Of a stretch of DNA of 64,000 bases, positions 26,923 through 36,760 are shown in pieces. Both the position numbers and the translations under genes were made by a program. The notes beneath the pieces were generated by a model. That model was given only the letters and a program-made list of their open reading frames with translations, was not told the origin of the DNA and made no database searches. Positions within the stretch are counted from its first letter, which is position 1. Every line of letters starts with the position of its first letter. The DNA is from Gammaproteobacteria bacterium (lineage in GTDB: Bacteria; Pseudomonadota; Gammaproteobacteria; Eutrophobiales; Eutrophobiaceae): assembly GCA_041600575.1 (NCBI GenBank), contig JBFIJV010000001.1:33-64032 (forward strand), read 5' to 3'.

Positions 26923-28509
26923 TTAAAATTTATAATCAACAACGTTCTCATGCTTTCCGTTTCTTACTATTTTTATTTGCTTCGGTTTATTTAATAAACG
27001 TGTTTGCATTAGCGACTCCGATACAGTTGCAGGCGCGTAAAGCCCTCCGTGAGTCGCCCACCATTGTTCTGCTTTCTTGCGTGCGTAACCGGTGTGCTCA
27101 ACACAAACCCATTCGTTTATTTTTCTAAGGCCGCAACTGTAAATAACGCGCAACGTGTTCTTCTTTGTTTTCTTCGAAACGTGTGGCATATAATCGATGC
27201 GCTGAATGTCATGCCACTCAGGTTTAATGTCGTCAGATAACAGTGCCGACTCTGAGGCGTAAGCGTTATGATTTATTTCGCGCTCAAGTGTTGGGTACTC
27301 AAAGCCGCACACACATTCTTTAAGCTGAATAGGATTAATTGTTTGGCACTCAGGACATTCTCTTGTTGGCGCAACGCCCGGCCTGCCGCTTTTGCCGTCA
27401 GGGACTGACAAGTTATCAATGCAACCGTGTGTTGAAACATTGCCGGCAAAGTCCATAATCAAACAGTCTGTTTTACCCGCTGCTTTTCTAAGACCTCGAC
27501 CAACCATTTGATAGTACAACCCCACCGACTTCGTGGGTCGAAGTAACGCAATCAAATCTATGTGGGGAGCATCAAAACCTTCCGTCAAAATATTGACGTT
27601 GATTAAACAGCGTAATTTCTTGGCCTTGAAGTCTGCAATATACTGGGCACGCAAATCACTTGATGTGTCGTCGGTCAATACTTCCGCGTGAATACTGTGG
27701 TCACTAATTAAGCTGTTTTTGACGTACTCAGCGTGCAACTTGTTGACACAAAAAATAACCCACCCTTCTCTCGGCTTATTAAAGTCAAGACCAACATGCG
27801 CTATCTCTTTGCACGCTGACATGGTGATTGCATGGTCGTGAGCGATAATACTTAACGAACCCTGTGTGTAATCACCCTTGCCATTAGCAACAAGATTAGA
27901 TGTGTCTATTTTTTGTTTGCCACCACGAGCAACAACGCGAGACAAGTACCCCTCGTCGATAAGTCGTTTAACACTCGCTTCGTAAGCAACGTTTTGAAAC
28001 ATTTTTCTCGCGCCATATATTTTCCCGCTACCCATACGGTAAGGCGTGGCAGTGAAGCCGATGACGCGCAAGTTCGGATTAACCAGCATCAGTTTACTGA
28101 TAAGCTGTTGGTACATGCTGCTCTCTTCTTGGCTCACCCTGTGAGCCTCATCGATAAACAGCAGATCGTAGTGGCCAAGGTTGCTAGCGCGGTAAACACT
28201 CTGAACCCCAGCGAACACAATATTGGCGTGCAGTTCTTTTGCGCCTAGCCCAGCAGAGTAGGTTGCTATATCCCCATCGTAGGCGCTCTTTAGTTCGTCT
28301 CGGTTTTGTTCTACCAACTCCTTGGTGTGTACAGCGTTCATGATGCGCGTGTCAGACCACAGCGAAGTGTATTTACGAATTATCTCGGCCATGATGTAGC
28401 TCTTGCCGCCGCCAGTAGGAATAACCACCAACGGGTTGCCGGTCTCTTGCCGTAAATAAGCATCTACTGCTGTGAGTGCTTCCTGTTGGTATTTACGTGA
28501 CTCCATCAA
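26923..28509 (-). CDS. SF2 DEAD/DEAH-box DNA helicase with a C-terminal zinc finger
   Basis: Walker A 'PTGGGKS', 'FIDEAH' DEAH box, 'GFTATP' motif III, 'QMVGRGLR' motif VI, C-terminal CPEC...CVCG. Confidence 0.8.
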   Translation of the reverse strand: MMESRKYQQEALTAVDAYLRQETGNPLVVIPTGGGKSYIMAEIIRKYTSLWSDTRIMNAVHTKELVEQNRDELKSAYDGDIATYSAGLGAKELHANIVFAGVQSVYRASNLGHYDLLFIDEAHRVSQEESSMYQQLISKLMLVNPNLRVIGFTATPYRMGSGKIYGARKMFQNVAYEASVKRLIDEGYLSRVVARGGKQKIDTSNLVANGKGDYTQGSLSIIAHDHAITMSACKEIAHVGLDFNKPREGWVIFCVNKLHAEYVKNSLISDHSIHAEVLTDDTSSDLRAQYIADFKAKKLRCLINVNILTEGFDAPHIDLIALLRPTKSVGLYYQMVGRGLRKAAGKTDCLIMDFAGNVSTHGCIDNLSVPDGKSGRPGVAPTRECPECQTINPIQLKECVCGFEYPTLEREINHNAYASESALLSDDIKPEWHDIQRIDYMPHVSKKTKKNTLRVIYSCGLRKINEWVCVEHTGYARKKAEQWWATHGGLYAPATVSESLMQTRLLNKPKQIKIVRNGKHENVVDYKF

Positions 28510-28543
28510 GCCACTTCTTCCCAGTCAAGATTGTGTTTTTTCA

Positions 28544-28750
28544 TTAGTTGCTCTCAAACGTTGCGTGCTGCTTTCCGCAGTAGCACTCGAATTTAGGATA
28601 GCCGCATGAGTCACACAAGCCGCAGTACGCATGTCCTAAAGTGCCTGCTTCATGGCAGTTAGCTCTATCCAAATCATCATCAACAGGGTCGCGCCCTGTT
28701 AACTTTTTAAACTCAGACTCATTCATCGTCTTCTTTTTTCTCCACTGCAA
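28544..28750 (-). CDS. Small Cys-rich protein (68 aa)
   Basis: Eight Cys/His in 40 aa. Confidence 0.35.
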   Translation of the reverse strand: MQWRKKKTMNESEFKKLTGRDPVDDDLDRANCHEAGTLGHAYCGLCDSCGYPKFECYCGKQHATFESN

Positions 28751-29834
28751 TCGTAGCGTCGAACCCTTTTAATAAGTTGTGAAACTCTTCATCATCAAGC
28801 ATCAACAGGTTGTCAATTGCATACAGCTCTTCGCTGGTGAAACACCTGCTGCCATCGTGATTGCTGTTATAAAATACTTTTCCTGATGGCAGTTTGTAGC
28901 CGACATAATTATCTTCATCACTACCCTCTTCAACAGGGAGATTAATTATGTCGGGGATAAATACATGGTCGGCGCAGCCTTTGCGTTGCGCGGTACGTGA
29001 CAAGACCTTCTCGTGCATTGAGCAAGACCACGAACCCTTATCTTCTTCTTCGTTAACAATTGGTGTGCTATGTGCACACGTACGGCAATTCATTTGCGGT
29101 GCTTTTTCTGTGTGACACAAATCTTTATAGTCACACCAACCACAAATATAATAATTAGGATCTTCCGACACTCGATCTAACGGCACAGGCGATTCAATAA
29201 TTTTCTTAGCGCGTGACAATGTGTCGTCAATTGCGTTCTGCTCTGGCTCAAGCAACTCTGTTATGCAGCTTATGTACTCACGACCACCGGGAGAACTAAC
29301 GGTTAGATAGTGCTTCGACATGCCACTGTATTTCATGTACAGCACAGCCTGTATATAATATGTCCAGTCCCACGCAGCTAAAGCAAATTGCTCTCCCTTT
29401 TCTTCAACAAGTTTTTCAAGTTTATTTAACTTCTTTAAGTCAACTTGCTTGTGCTCCCAAACGTACCAACCACGCGGGTCTTGGACGAGGCCACTAATTG
29501 CGCCATCCATGTGGCCAAGAAAATGACCGCTAACATCCTTATACTCGAACTGGTAGCCTGTACCGTAATCAACCGTATGTAACTCAATACCCGGCAACAT
29601 CTTGAGACGTGATGCCATTATATCTTCGCCTAAATGACCATCAGCAAAACGTCTTAATGTTGCTGCGTTGAAGTTTGATTTTTCTACCCATCGAAATTCA
29701 TACCACAACTTCCTGCGACAAGGATGCCCAACACCCGACATGCCCAAGTAGGCACGCTTACGCTCTGCGTTTTCTTTTTTCTCTATCGCAGCATCGACTG
29801 CTAACAATGTTGGATCTAGTCTTGGTAATTTCAT
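28719..29834 (-). CDS. PD-(D/E)XK nuclease (YqaJ/Cas4-like) with a C-terminal Cys cluster
   Basis: 'GHMDG' ... 'WEHK' (D...ExK) core. C-terminal CGWC...C...C..C Cys-rich tail. Recombination-module context. Confidence 0.6.
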   Translation of the reverse strand: MKLPRLDPTLLAVDAAIEKKENAERKRAYLGMSGVGHPCRRKLWYEFRWVEKSNFNAATLRRFADGHLGEDIMASRLKMLPGIELHTVDYGTGYQFEYKDVSGHFLGHMDGAISGLVQDPRGWYVWEHKQVDLKKLNKLEKLVEEKGEQFALAAWDWTYYIQAVLYMKYSGMSKHYLTVSSPGGREYISCITELLEPEQNAIDDTLSRAKKIIESPVPLDRVSEDPNYYICGWCDYKDLCHTEKAPQMNCRTCAHSTPIVNEEEDKGSWSCSMHEKVLSRTAQRKGCADHVFIPDIINLPVEEGSDEDNYVGYKLPSGKVFYNSNHDGSRCFTSEELYAIDNLLMLDDEEFHNLLKGFDATIAVEKKEDDE

Positions 29835-30256
29835 AATGACTGCCTATAGTGTTTATCTAGCTTTAAATGGATGGGTTTTCTTAATACTAATTTGTTCATG
29901 ATTTTTTCATTGATAAATTCACTATCACTTACATCGCAAAGAAGTCCCGAACGACTGTCATACCAAGCACGCAGAATATTGCTTGCTCCTTCCACAAACA
30001 GGTATTGGTCTTGATGTACTTGCACGTAAGTGGGCATCACTCCGCCAAACATGTTTGAGAACTTCATGTATAAGCATTTTGGAAAGTGACCAGACTCTTT
30101 GTATATAGGGTTTTCTTGAATTTCAAGGAAGAACTGTTCAATCAGTACACCACGAACAACTTCTCTCATGTCGGTAGGTTTATTCACGATTGCTGAGTCT
30201 CTAGGCATAGCGACACCATCATAAGATTGACAAAATGTGCCGCTATGCCTAGACAA
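29831..30256 (-). CDS. Hypothetical protein (141 aa)
   Basis: ORF. Confidence 0.4.
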   Translation of the reverse strand: MSRHSGTFCQSYDGVAMPRDSAIVNKPTDMREVVRGVLIEQFFLEIQENPIYKESGHFPKCLYMKFSNMFGGVMPTYVQVHQDQYLFVEGASNILRAWYDSRSGLLCDVSDSEFINEKIMNKLVLRKPIHLKLDKHYRQSL

Positions 30257-30310
30257 AGACTCCTCCTGTAGTTTGTTGTCATTTCCTTTTCCCTTTCATG
30301 CTTTAGCGAT

Positions 30311-30805
30311 CTACTTCTGCCAAGGTTTCTTTGCTGGAGTGGTTGCAGTGTTACTTGGTTCTGCAGCAGGCTGTGCTTCACCCAGTGCAGGCACGCTATG
30401 CATAACTGCGTCAACAGCCTTGTAACCTTTCACTTCATTCTGGTCGCCGTAATCTGCTGAGCTACGAACAGCCAGCTTGACTTGTATGGGTCGGTTATGA
30501 AGCTGCGCAGAGTCTTGCACCGCACCCAAACCTACTGCTGTGCAAATAGACTTCAAATCACGCTGTGCAATCTCTGCCGCTTTTGGGTTAGAGTTCCACA
30601 GGTTTAAATTAGTCCACACTTTTCGGTTGGCGAACTTGCCGCTTTGAATGGTGAGTTCCAACTTCAAATATTCGTTGTTAGAATTTGCCTGCGAAACTTT
30701 CTTTTCGCTGTTTGATATATAAGCTGAATACCAGCCTGCCGGTACTACATCAAACGACTCCGATTCTTGCACTTGTGATAAGTCGAATCCTGCCAAGTTT
30801 GTCAT
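30311..30805 (-). CDS. Putative ssDNA-binding protein (DUF669-like) partnered with Sak4
   Basis: Acidic or Pro-rich disordered C-terminal tail. Immediately downstream of the Sak4-like ATPase. Confidence 0.4.
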   Translation of the reverse strand: MTNLAGFDLSQVQESESFDVVPAGWYSAYISNSEKKVSQANSNNEYLKLELTIQSGKFANRKVWTNLNLWNSNPKAAEIAQRDLKSICTAVGLGAVQDSAQLHNRPIQVKLAVRSSADYGDQNEVKGYKAVDAVMHSVPALGEAQPAAEPSNTATTPAKKPWQK

Positions 30806-31527
30806 TAGTTATCTTCTCCTTGTGGTTTAGGATTTTGCGTTGCTGACGTGATTTTATTTACAATCATGCCAAGGTTGGGTTCTTCGAACTGATTCAAACA
30901 ACCGCTTCTATCTTTGCAGTTGTATTGCGGGTCAGCCGATGTTTGTAACCAACGAGTTGACACACCTTCGGGGTCTTGCTCCATGCGTAAAGCAAATACT
31001 TCATCAAACATGTATGGAATAGACTGTCCGAGTTTTGCGCCGGGCATCATTGGTTGGTATAAAATCATCCCTGACAATTCATCCTTTTCCTTCGCCATTT
31101 TCGCCGCCATATACACATGACGTTCGGGCAAGTCACGAAACGCACGTAACAAATCACCCATTTCCTCCTGCAGCTTTCCGTATGCTTGTCGCGGGTCGGC
31201 TGACTTTTTCTTTTCACTGGATAGCAATGCTTCTGCAATCTCGGTGATAGAATCGATGTTAACGAAATCATATTGTTTACCTTCCGCAGAATCTGCGAGA
31301 AAGGAATAGGCTTCATAAACCTCTTCAATATTGTTCACTGAAATAACTGGCAAGTCGTAGTCACGTAATGACATAAGTCCTGACTCGGCAGAAATAATAA
31401 TCGGGTTGCAGCCTTGTGGCGGCGTAGCACATAACGTGGTCTTTCCTGCGCCAGCCAATCCGTAAACTAATATCTTCACGCCTTGGTTTGTGACCGCGTT
31501 CTTTGTGCTTGATAACTGTATAGCCAT
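30805..31527 (-). CDS. Sak4-like RecA-fold ATPase (single-strand annealing/recombination)
   Basis: Walker A 'GLAGAGKTT' near the N-terminus. About 240 aa. Neighbourhood of SSB, nuclease and helicase. Confidence 0.6.
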   Translation of the reverse strand: MAIQLSSTKNAVTNQGVKILVYGLAGAGKTTLCATPPQGCNPIIISAESGLMSLRDYDLPVISVNNIEEVYEAYSFLADSAEGKQYDFVNIDSITEIAEALLSSEKKKSADPRQAYGKLQEEMGDLLRAFRDLPERHVYMAAKMAKEKDELSGMILYQPMMPGAKLGQSIPYMFDEVFALRMEQDPEGVSTRWLQTSADPQYNCKDRSGCLNQFEEPNLGMIVNKITSATQNPKPQGEDN

Positions 31528-31543
31528 GATTACTCCTTTTTGT

Positions 31544-32092
31544 TTATTCGTATTTTGTATCGTTGTCGAAAATCTGTACCTTTACTGTTGGCCTGTCGGG
31601 TTTAACCTCAAACACGCCATCAAGAAATTCTCTTCTTTGTGCTGAACTCAGTTGCTGCATTGCTTTCTCATAGCCGCGCTTACTGACGTTGCGTTTTTGT
31701 GGTAGCACGCAGTCAGACATTAATCGCGCTAACCGTTCGTCATCACGTGCCTTTTCAAGACGTTCAAAAAACAACTTTTCATCCATGCTGATTTTTTCGT
31801 TTTCTTTTATCGTGACAACATAATCATCCCCATGAGCGTGTGTTGTTCGTGATATATCGGGGATGGCCTTCTTGATGTGTTTCACAACTTCTTCTTGGAT
31901 GTTTCTTTTTTCGTTTTGCAAGTGTTTCAACTGCTCGTCGATGGCCATAATCTGTCTGCCGGCCTCGTCTATCAGCACAGCAGAAACATCTTTCTGAAAC
32001 TGGTTCTGGTTAGTTGACTGGTCTACCGCTTCCTTTGCTTTTGCGAGCGCCGCAATCTCGTCAATCATCATGACCTGCCGTGTGAGTCGCAC
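31544..32092 (-). CDS. Hypothetical coiled-coil protein. The start may be the internal Met at 32071
   Basis: First gene of the leftward operon. Confidence 0.4.
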   Translation of the reverse strand: MRLTRQVMMIDEIAALAKAKEAVDQSTNQNQFQKDVSAVLIDEAGRQIMAIDEQLKHLQNEKRNIQEEVVKHIKKAIPDISRTTHAHGDDYVVTIKENEKISMDEKLFFERLEKARDDERLARLMSDCVLPQKRNVSKRGYEKAMQQLSSAQRREFLDGVFEVKPDRPTVKVQIFDNDTKYE

Positions 32093-32394
32093 ACAAAAAA
32101 ATACCCGCGAAACAAGTCACAGAGGGTGCGACTCGTTAAGCGGGATAAAAGTAGGAGATAACCAAATACAACATGCAATAAATAAAACACCGTCCATCGA
32201 ACAGGATTAGGCGCATCAGACACAACAGCAACGTGCACACAGCGGCATTGGCTTTCCGCGATGGCAAGTAGGGGAGTTTGGGGATTACTTCTATGTTGAT
32301 GCAGCATCTAATTTCCTTCTCCTGTTGATGAACGGTACAGGACGGATATTAGACTACCGACTTTCGGGTGTCAAGCCTATGTTGCTATTAAGTG

Positions 32395-32418
32395 TAAGGC
32401 TTGCTCGAAAGCAAGCCA
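32395..32418 (-). terminator. Strong hairpin just downstream of the cI stop. Possible terminator or processing site
   Basis: GGCTTGCT-cgaa-AGCAAGCC perfect 8-bp stem. Only a weak T-tract follows. Confidence 0.35.
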
Positions 32419-32427
32419 AACACTGGG

Positions 32428-33066
32428 TTACAGCAAACTGGTTGTTTTGAATACAGCAGTACCGACGATAGCTTCCTCCTCCATCATGGGTCGGGTTTTG
32501 TTAGGCATTGACTCGCTTTGGTGAGAAACGAATTCAGTTCCAGCGTCTTCCGAGTACAACCGAAGCGCAAACGAACCTTTAGCCTTGTTATAAAGAAGCA
32601 CTATATCGCCTGACGCATAATCATGGTCAGGATCGACATACACACAATCACCTTTCTCAACTGTAGGCGACAACATGTTGTCGTGCGCAATAATTGCAAA
32701 CGCATTACTCCCTATAGTGCTGGGACAAATCACATTATTATTGTTATTGGTGGCCATATACTTTTCTAGATACCCCGGAAGCTCCGAAAGTGTGAGCAGC
32801 GGAACATAAAAAACCCCCTCTGTTATATCCTTGAAATCATCATTAATGTTGCTTTCATCATCGACCAGCCACTTGAGTGGCGCACCGGTTAACTCGGCTA
32901 GTTTTTTAAGTTGTGCAATGTTTGGGTTTGTTCGAACAGAAGCGTTCGATTGTTCCCACAATGAGATTGCCGCACGCGTGCACCCCATTTGATCCGCAAT
33001 GTCCGTTTGCGAAACATCCGCTGCTTTACGAGCAGCTTTAATCCTTTGCCATAGCTCTGATGGCAT
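32428..33066 (-). CDS. cI: CI-like repressor: N-terminal XRE HTH plus C-terminal S24 (LexA-like) autopeptidase
   Basis: 'VSQTDIADQMGCTRAAISLWE' HTH. C-terminal S24-like segment with candidate Ser ('HDNMLSP') and Lys ('YNKAKG'). GAGAGG RBS before ATG 33066. The track's upstream extension to 33138 was rejected. Confidence 0.75.
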   Translation of the reverse strand: MPSELWQRIKAARKAADVSQTDIADQMGCTRAAISLWEQSNASVRTNPNIAQLKKLAELTGAPLKWLVDDESNINDDFKDITEGVFYVPLLTLSELPGYLEKYMATNNNNNVICPSTIGSNAFAIIAHDNMLSPTVEKGDCVYVDPDHDYASGDIVLLYNKAKGSFALRLYSEDAGTEFVSHQSESMPNKTRPMMEEEAIVGTAVFKTTSLL

Positions 33067-33130
33067 AACGAATACCTCTCTGGTTACATGGAACGTATTT
33101 ATTTCCTCTTTAAAGTCACTACAAAGCGAA

Positions 33131-33177
33131 ATTGACAACCGAAAAATAAAAGCGTAGCTTTCGGCCTGTCAATATAA
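33131..33177. promoter_or_regulatory. Divergent cI/cro switch: back-to-back promoters embedded in a long inverted repeat (operator)
   Basis: TTGACAACCGAAA ...15 nt... TTTCGGCCTGTCAA. Each arm supplies a TTGACA -35 for one direction. Rightward -10 is TAGCTT and leftward -10 is TTATTT. Confidence 0.5.
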
Positions 33178-33202
33178 ACTTTCACCCCATAGGATATAGA
33201 TC

Positions 33203-33412
33203 ATGCTTGACGGTTCAGTAGAAGTTAAAAATACACTTCTCCATTTTTTCCCCTCCATCAATTGGTTGTCTAAACAACCGGGACTACCTTCTCGACAAGC
33301 CATCGCGCAGTGGGAAAAAATTCCCGCAAAACACGTTATCAGACTTGAGAAATTATCAGGGAAACTACTCTCGCGTCATGATATGCGGTCAGACCTCTAT
33401 CCGAGAGAGTGA
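33203..33412 (+). CDS. cro: Cro-like or YdaS-family HTH regulator (69 aa)
   Basis: Divergent from cI. 'LSKQPGLPSRQAIAQWEKIP' HTH. Confidence 0.55.
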   Translation: MLDGSVEVKNTLLHFFPSINWLSKQPGLPSRQAIAQWEKIPAKHVIRLEKLSGKLLSRHDMRSDLYPRE

Positions 33413-33494
33413 CTTGTACACAAAGGGTAGACCCGAAGGTGGTCTTTGTCAAGGTTAGGTTGCATAGGATAGGGGGATATAGGTGGTAGAGGAC

Positions 33495-35810
33495 ATGAAG
33501 CAATACGCAGAATTATATATTAATAAGGGCTGGAAAGTGTTGCCACTACACAGTGTCAGCGATACCGGTAAATGCACATGCGGTGATGAAAAGTGTACAT
33601 CAGCCGGCAAACACCCCATCCACGATAAGCAGCTTTGTCCATCGGGCGTGCATAGCGCAAGCGACAATATCAATGTGATCTACAAGTGGCTTTCGAAGTA
33701 CCCTTTTATGAATATCGGAATTGCCACCGGGCAAGATTCGAACTTAACCGTGCTAGATGTGGACGGTCGCAAGGGCGGTATCGGGACAGTTGAGCATTTG
33801 TACGGGGATGATGGCGAAGACTTACTCGACACCTCAGAACTCGTTGTCAGAACCGGTGATGGGTTTCATTTGTTTTACAGCTACGACCCCATTGCAAAGA
33901 ACGGCAGTAACCGCATGGTCGGTGTAGACATACGCAGTACCGGCGGTTACATCGTCGCACCCCCATCACGACATGCCTCTGGCAAACAGTACGAATTTAT
34001 CGACGAAGAATACTTGGACGAAACAACCCAGGGCGCATTACCCCAATCAATCCTCAAGCTGTTGTCACAATCCAGCAATAGCACGAAGGTCGCTTCTTCA
34101 GCCACAGCATCCCAGCCCTCCCCGGCCAAACCAGCAATCCCTTTATCAGATACAGAAAAAGAAGACATAGCCGGCGCAATTAAACATATCCCGGCAGACG
34201 AACGCGACACATGGATTCGCGTGGGCATGGCATTACACAGCACTGGGGCGGGACACGAAGCCTTTGAGATTTGGGACACGTGGTCACAGACCACCAAAAG
34301 CGGTAATTACCGGTACAAGGACGCGCTGATTAATTGGCGTAGTTTCAAGGATGGCGACGTGACAATCGCCAGCTTGTTCGGGTTAGCGCAGGAACACGGT
34401 TACATGTACGCACCGCAGGCTGGTACGCGCATACAGTTACAGCAGTCTAGCGAAGAGCCGTCTAGCGAATACACAGCGGAAGAGCTGGACTTACAAGACC
34501 TGACTGGCGTAGGCCACAAGCGCAAAGCCATCCCGGCCAAGTTACTGCAGCTCAACGGCACCATGCAGGACATTATGAACCATATTTTACAAGCCTCAGT
34601 GAGACCTCAACCTGTGCTGGCGTTAGCCAGCACGCTGTCATGTTTCGGGACAATCATCGGTCGGCGTTATTCCACCGGGTACGGCGGTGAAGAAACACGC
34701 AGCAACGTGTTTGTCGTAGGTTTAGCACCCAGCGGCGCAGGTAAAGATATCACAATGAAGATGACCACCAAGATTTTAGAAGCCGGGAACCTGTTTGACC
34801 GCGTGGGCGCAAGCAAGATAGGCAGTGGCAGCGGGTTGCTGCATGACTTAGGGACGAATCACTGTCAGCAGTACCAGCTAGACGAATTTGGTTTGGCCTT
34901 ACAAAGCATGACCAGTTCAGGCAGTTCGCAGCACACGAAGGAAGTGATTAGTACGCTAATGGAATTGTACTCGTGCGCGGCAGGAACCTACCAAGGCGGC
35001 GCGTACGCCACCAAGCAGCGTGTGCGTATCGAGCAACCGCACTGTTGCGTATACGGCGTGAGCACGCCAGAGGAATATTACAAGGCATTTAACAGCGGGT
35101 TTGGTAACAACGGCTTTTTCGGGCGCTGGCTCGCGTTTGAAGTTATGGAAGATGTGCCGAAACGCCGCGTCCCGAAGGGCGCGGGGGATATTGATCCGCA
35201 GTTGGCCAAGCGGATTGAGACGTACGCGATGTACGAGAACATGCCAGTCAACGGCAACATGACGCATTACGTGCATGACGTGCCAATGACTCCGGATGCA
35301 GAACTCTTGTTTGATGGTTTTGCCGACTACGCAGAGCAGCAATCAAAGAGACACGAGTTGCGTGGTGATAGCGTGGGCACACGAATCTGGGCACGCGCTG
35401 TTGAGAACTCTCGAAAGCTAGCGCTTTTATGGGCGTGCAGTGAGCGAGCGAAAGACCCGGAAATTACCATTACCGCGATTGAGTGGGCGACAGCATTAAT
35501 CACCCATTTAGTTGAAGACCAAATTATCGCAATGGAGAACCATGTCTCCGATACCGAGAACGAATCACTCCACCAAATGTTAATGAATGTTATCTCGATA
35601 GGTGGGGCGCGAGGGATTCCAGCAGCACAATTTAAACGAAAATATGTACGCAAGTTAGGAGCAAGACGTTTCAACGAAATCATGCGGGAATTGATTGATT
35701 TGAACGTTATTGAAATGTTCAAAGTAAAGGGAGAGGTGAAAACACTGCTCGATAAGCCAGTAACCCGGTATCGACTAAGTGTGTACACACCGTCGGGGGA
35801 AGATAAGTGA
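33495..35810 (+). CDS. Bifunctional primase-polymerase (prim-pol) with a D5/P4-type helicase or NTPase C-terminal domain
   Basis: N-terminal 'VLDVDGRKGG', 'GGYIVAPPSRH' prim-pol motifs with a Cys4 cluster. Walker A 'GLAPSGAGKD'. A GTG at 33483 is an alternative start. Confidence 0.7.
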   Translation: MKQYAELYINKGWKVLPLHSVSDTGKCTCGDEKCTSAGKHPIHDKQLCPSGVHSASDNINVIYKWLSKYPFMNIGIATGQDSNLTVLDVDGRKGGIGTVEHLYGDDGEDLLDTSELVVRTGDGFHLFYSYDPIAKNGSNRMVGVDIRSTGGYIVAPPSRHASGKQYEFIDEEYLDETTQGALPQSILKLLSQSSNSTKVASSATASQPSPAKPAIPLSDTEKEDIAGAIKHIPADERDTWIRVGMALHSTGAGHEAFEIWDTWSQTTKSGNYRYKDALINWRSFKDGDVTIASLFGLAQEHGYMYAPQAGTRIQLQQSSEEPSSEYTAEELDLQDLTGVGHKRKAIPAKLLQLNGTMQDIMNHILQASVRPQPVLALASTLSCFGTIIGRRYSTGYGGEETRSNVFVVGLAPSGAGKDITMKMTTKILEAGNLFDRVGASKIGSGSGLLHDLGTNHCQQYQLDEFGLALQSMTSSGSSQHTKEVISTLMELYSCAAGTYQGGAYATKQRVRIEQPHCCVYGVSTPEEYYKAFNSGFGNNGFFGRWLAFEVMEDVPKRRVPKGAGDIDPQLAKRIETYAMYENMPVNGNMTHYVHDVPMTPDAELLFDGFADYAEQQSKRHELRGDSVGTRIWARAVENSRKLALLWACSERAKDPEITITAIEWATALITHLVEDQIIAMENHVSDTENESLHQMLMNVISIGGARGIPAAQFKRKYVRKLGARRFNEIMRELIDLNVIEMFKVKGEVKTLLDKPVTRYRLSVYTPSGEDK

Positions 35811-35869
35811 TTGATTTAAAAGGAAATCCTTGGAAACGTGAAATATGGTCAGGGCACTGTAAGTCTTTG

Positions 35870-35925
35870 ATTTATATAATAATATATATAATATATATAC
35901 ATATATATATAGTTATATATAAAAA
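35870..35925. repeat. AT-rich (TA)n/(ATATAT) tract. Candidate DNA-unwinding element or origin
   Basis: 'ataatatatataatatatatacatatatatatagttatatataaaaata' lies 60 bp after the primase gene, in a 255-bp non-coding gap. Confidence 0.4.
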
Positions 35926-36065
35926 TACTCTATTTACCTTGTTTTCACGCTTTCATACTACGACGCTGTTTTTGTACGTTCAGAGGTGTATTTCCTTTTT
36001 AAATCATTAGGTTATCGTGCCACCAAAGAAAAACACGTTTGGTCAACTTTTAGCGAGGATATGAA

Positions 36066-36512
36066 ATGAGACAGAGAACAAAAAGAGAACTTTCTGATTT
36101 AATCACCCGAATGAAGGACGTTAAATTTGAAATTGATGGCCGCGAGTATGAATACGGTAAAGCCAATGTGTTGTCTTCGGATTTGATCGATGAACACATG
36201 GTTCCGTTAATGGCCAACGCGTTGGGTGTTAAATTGTCACTCAGTGACGACACTTATGATGCGGTGAAGTTAGGCATTGGGTTGTTTGGTTTGATGATGC
36301 AATCGACTTTCTTTTTAATGGATATGGGTGTTGAGATTGACGAGGGGTTGGAGCGTTTATTTGACGTGTACCGGACTCACGCCAAGCACGATGAAGATTC
36401 CGATGAAATGGGTGAAGTTACCCAGCAGTTCGGTGAATGGCTGGCCAACAACCTTGATGTGCCAGAGACGGAGACTGTCGCCAGAGGTGACGAGCCGAGA
36501 ACAATCCATTGA
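36066..36512 (+). CDS. Hypothetical acidic protein (148 aa)
   Basis: GAGG RBS. ORF. Confidence 0.45.
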   Translation: MRQRTKRELSDLITRMKDVKFEIDGREYEYGKANVLSSDLIDEHMVPLMANALGVKLSLSDDTYDAVKLGIGLFGLMMQSTFFLMDMGVEIDEGLERLFDVYRTHAKHDEDSDEMGEVTQQFGEWLANNLDVPETETVARGDEPRTIH

Positions 36513-36760
36513 AAACACGTATACACGTAAACCAACATGTTATTCGTGCCAATGTAAAGCATGGTAGAGACGACCCTTGTATTACTGTTAAGCAAGGGAA
36601 ATCAAACCGGTACACGAAGCACGTTGAGATCCGATGTTGTGACTGCGAAGAGGTGGTAGCCGAGGTTATACAATCAATCGACAATCCGTTGTCCTGTGGT
36701 GCAAGAATCTGGATAGAGGTTGACGGGGCTGTTGGAGTTAGCCTAGAGGAGAAAGAATAA
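36509..36760 (+). CDS. Hypothetical Cys-containing protein (83 aa)
   Basis: ATGA-coupled ORF. Confidence 0.4.
   Translation: MKTRIHVNQHVIRANVKHGRDDPCITVKQGKSNRYTKHVEIRCCDCEEVVAEVIQSIDNPLSCGARIWIEVDGAVGVSLEEKE

Noticed and set aside
32068-32307. 79-aa minus-strand ORF in the gap after cI
   Set aside because: Lies inside a strongly structured non-coding region, overlaps the next gene start, and has no RBS.
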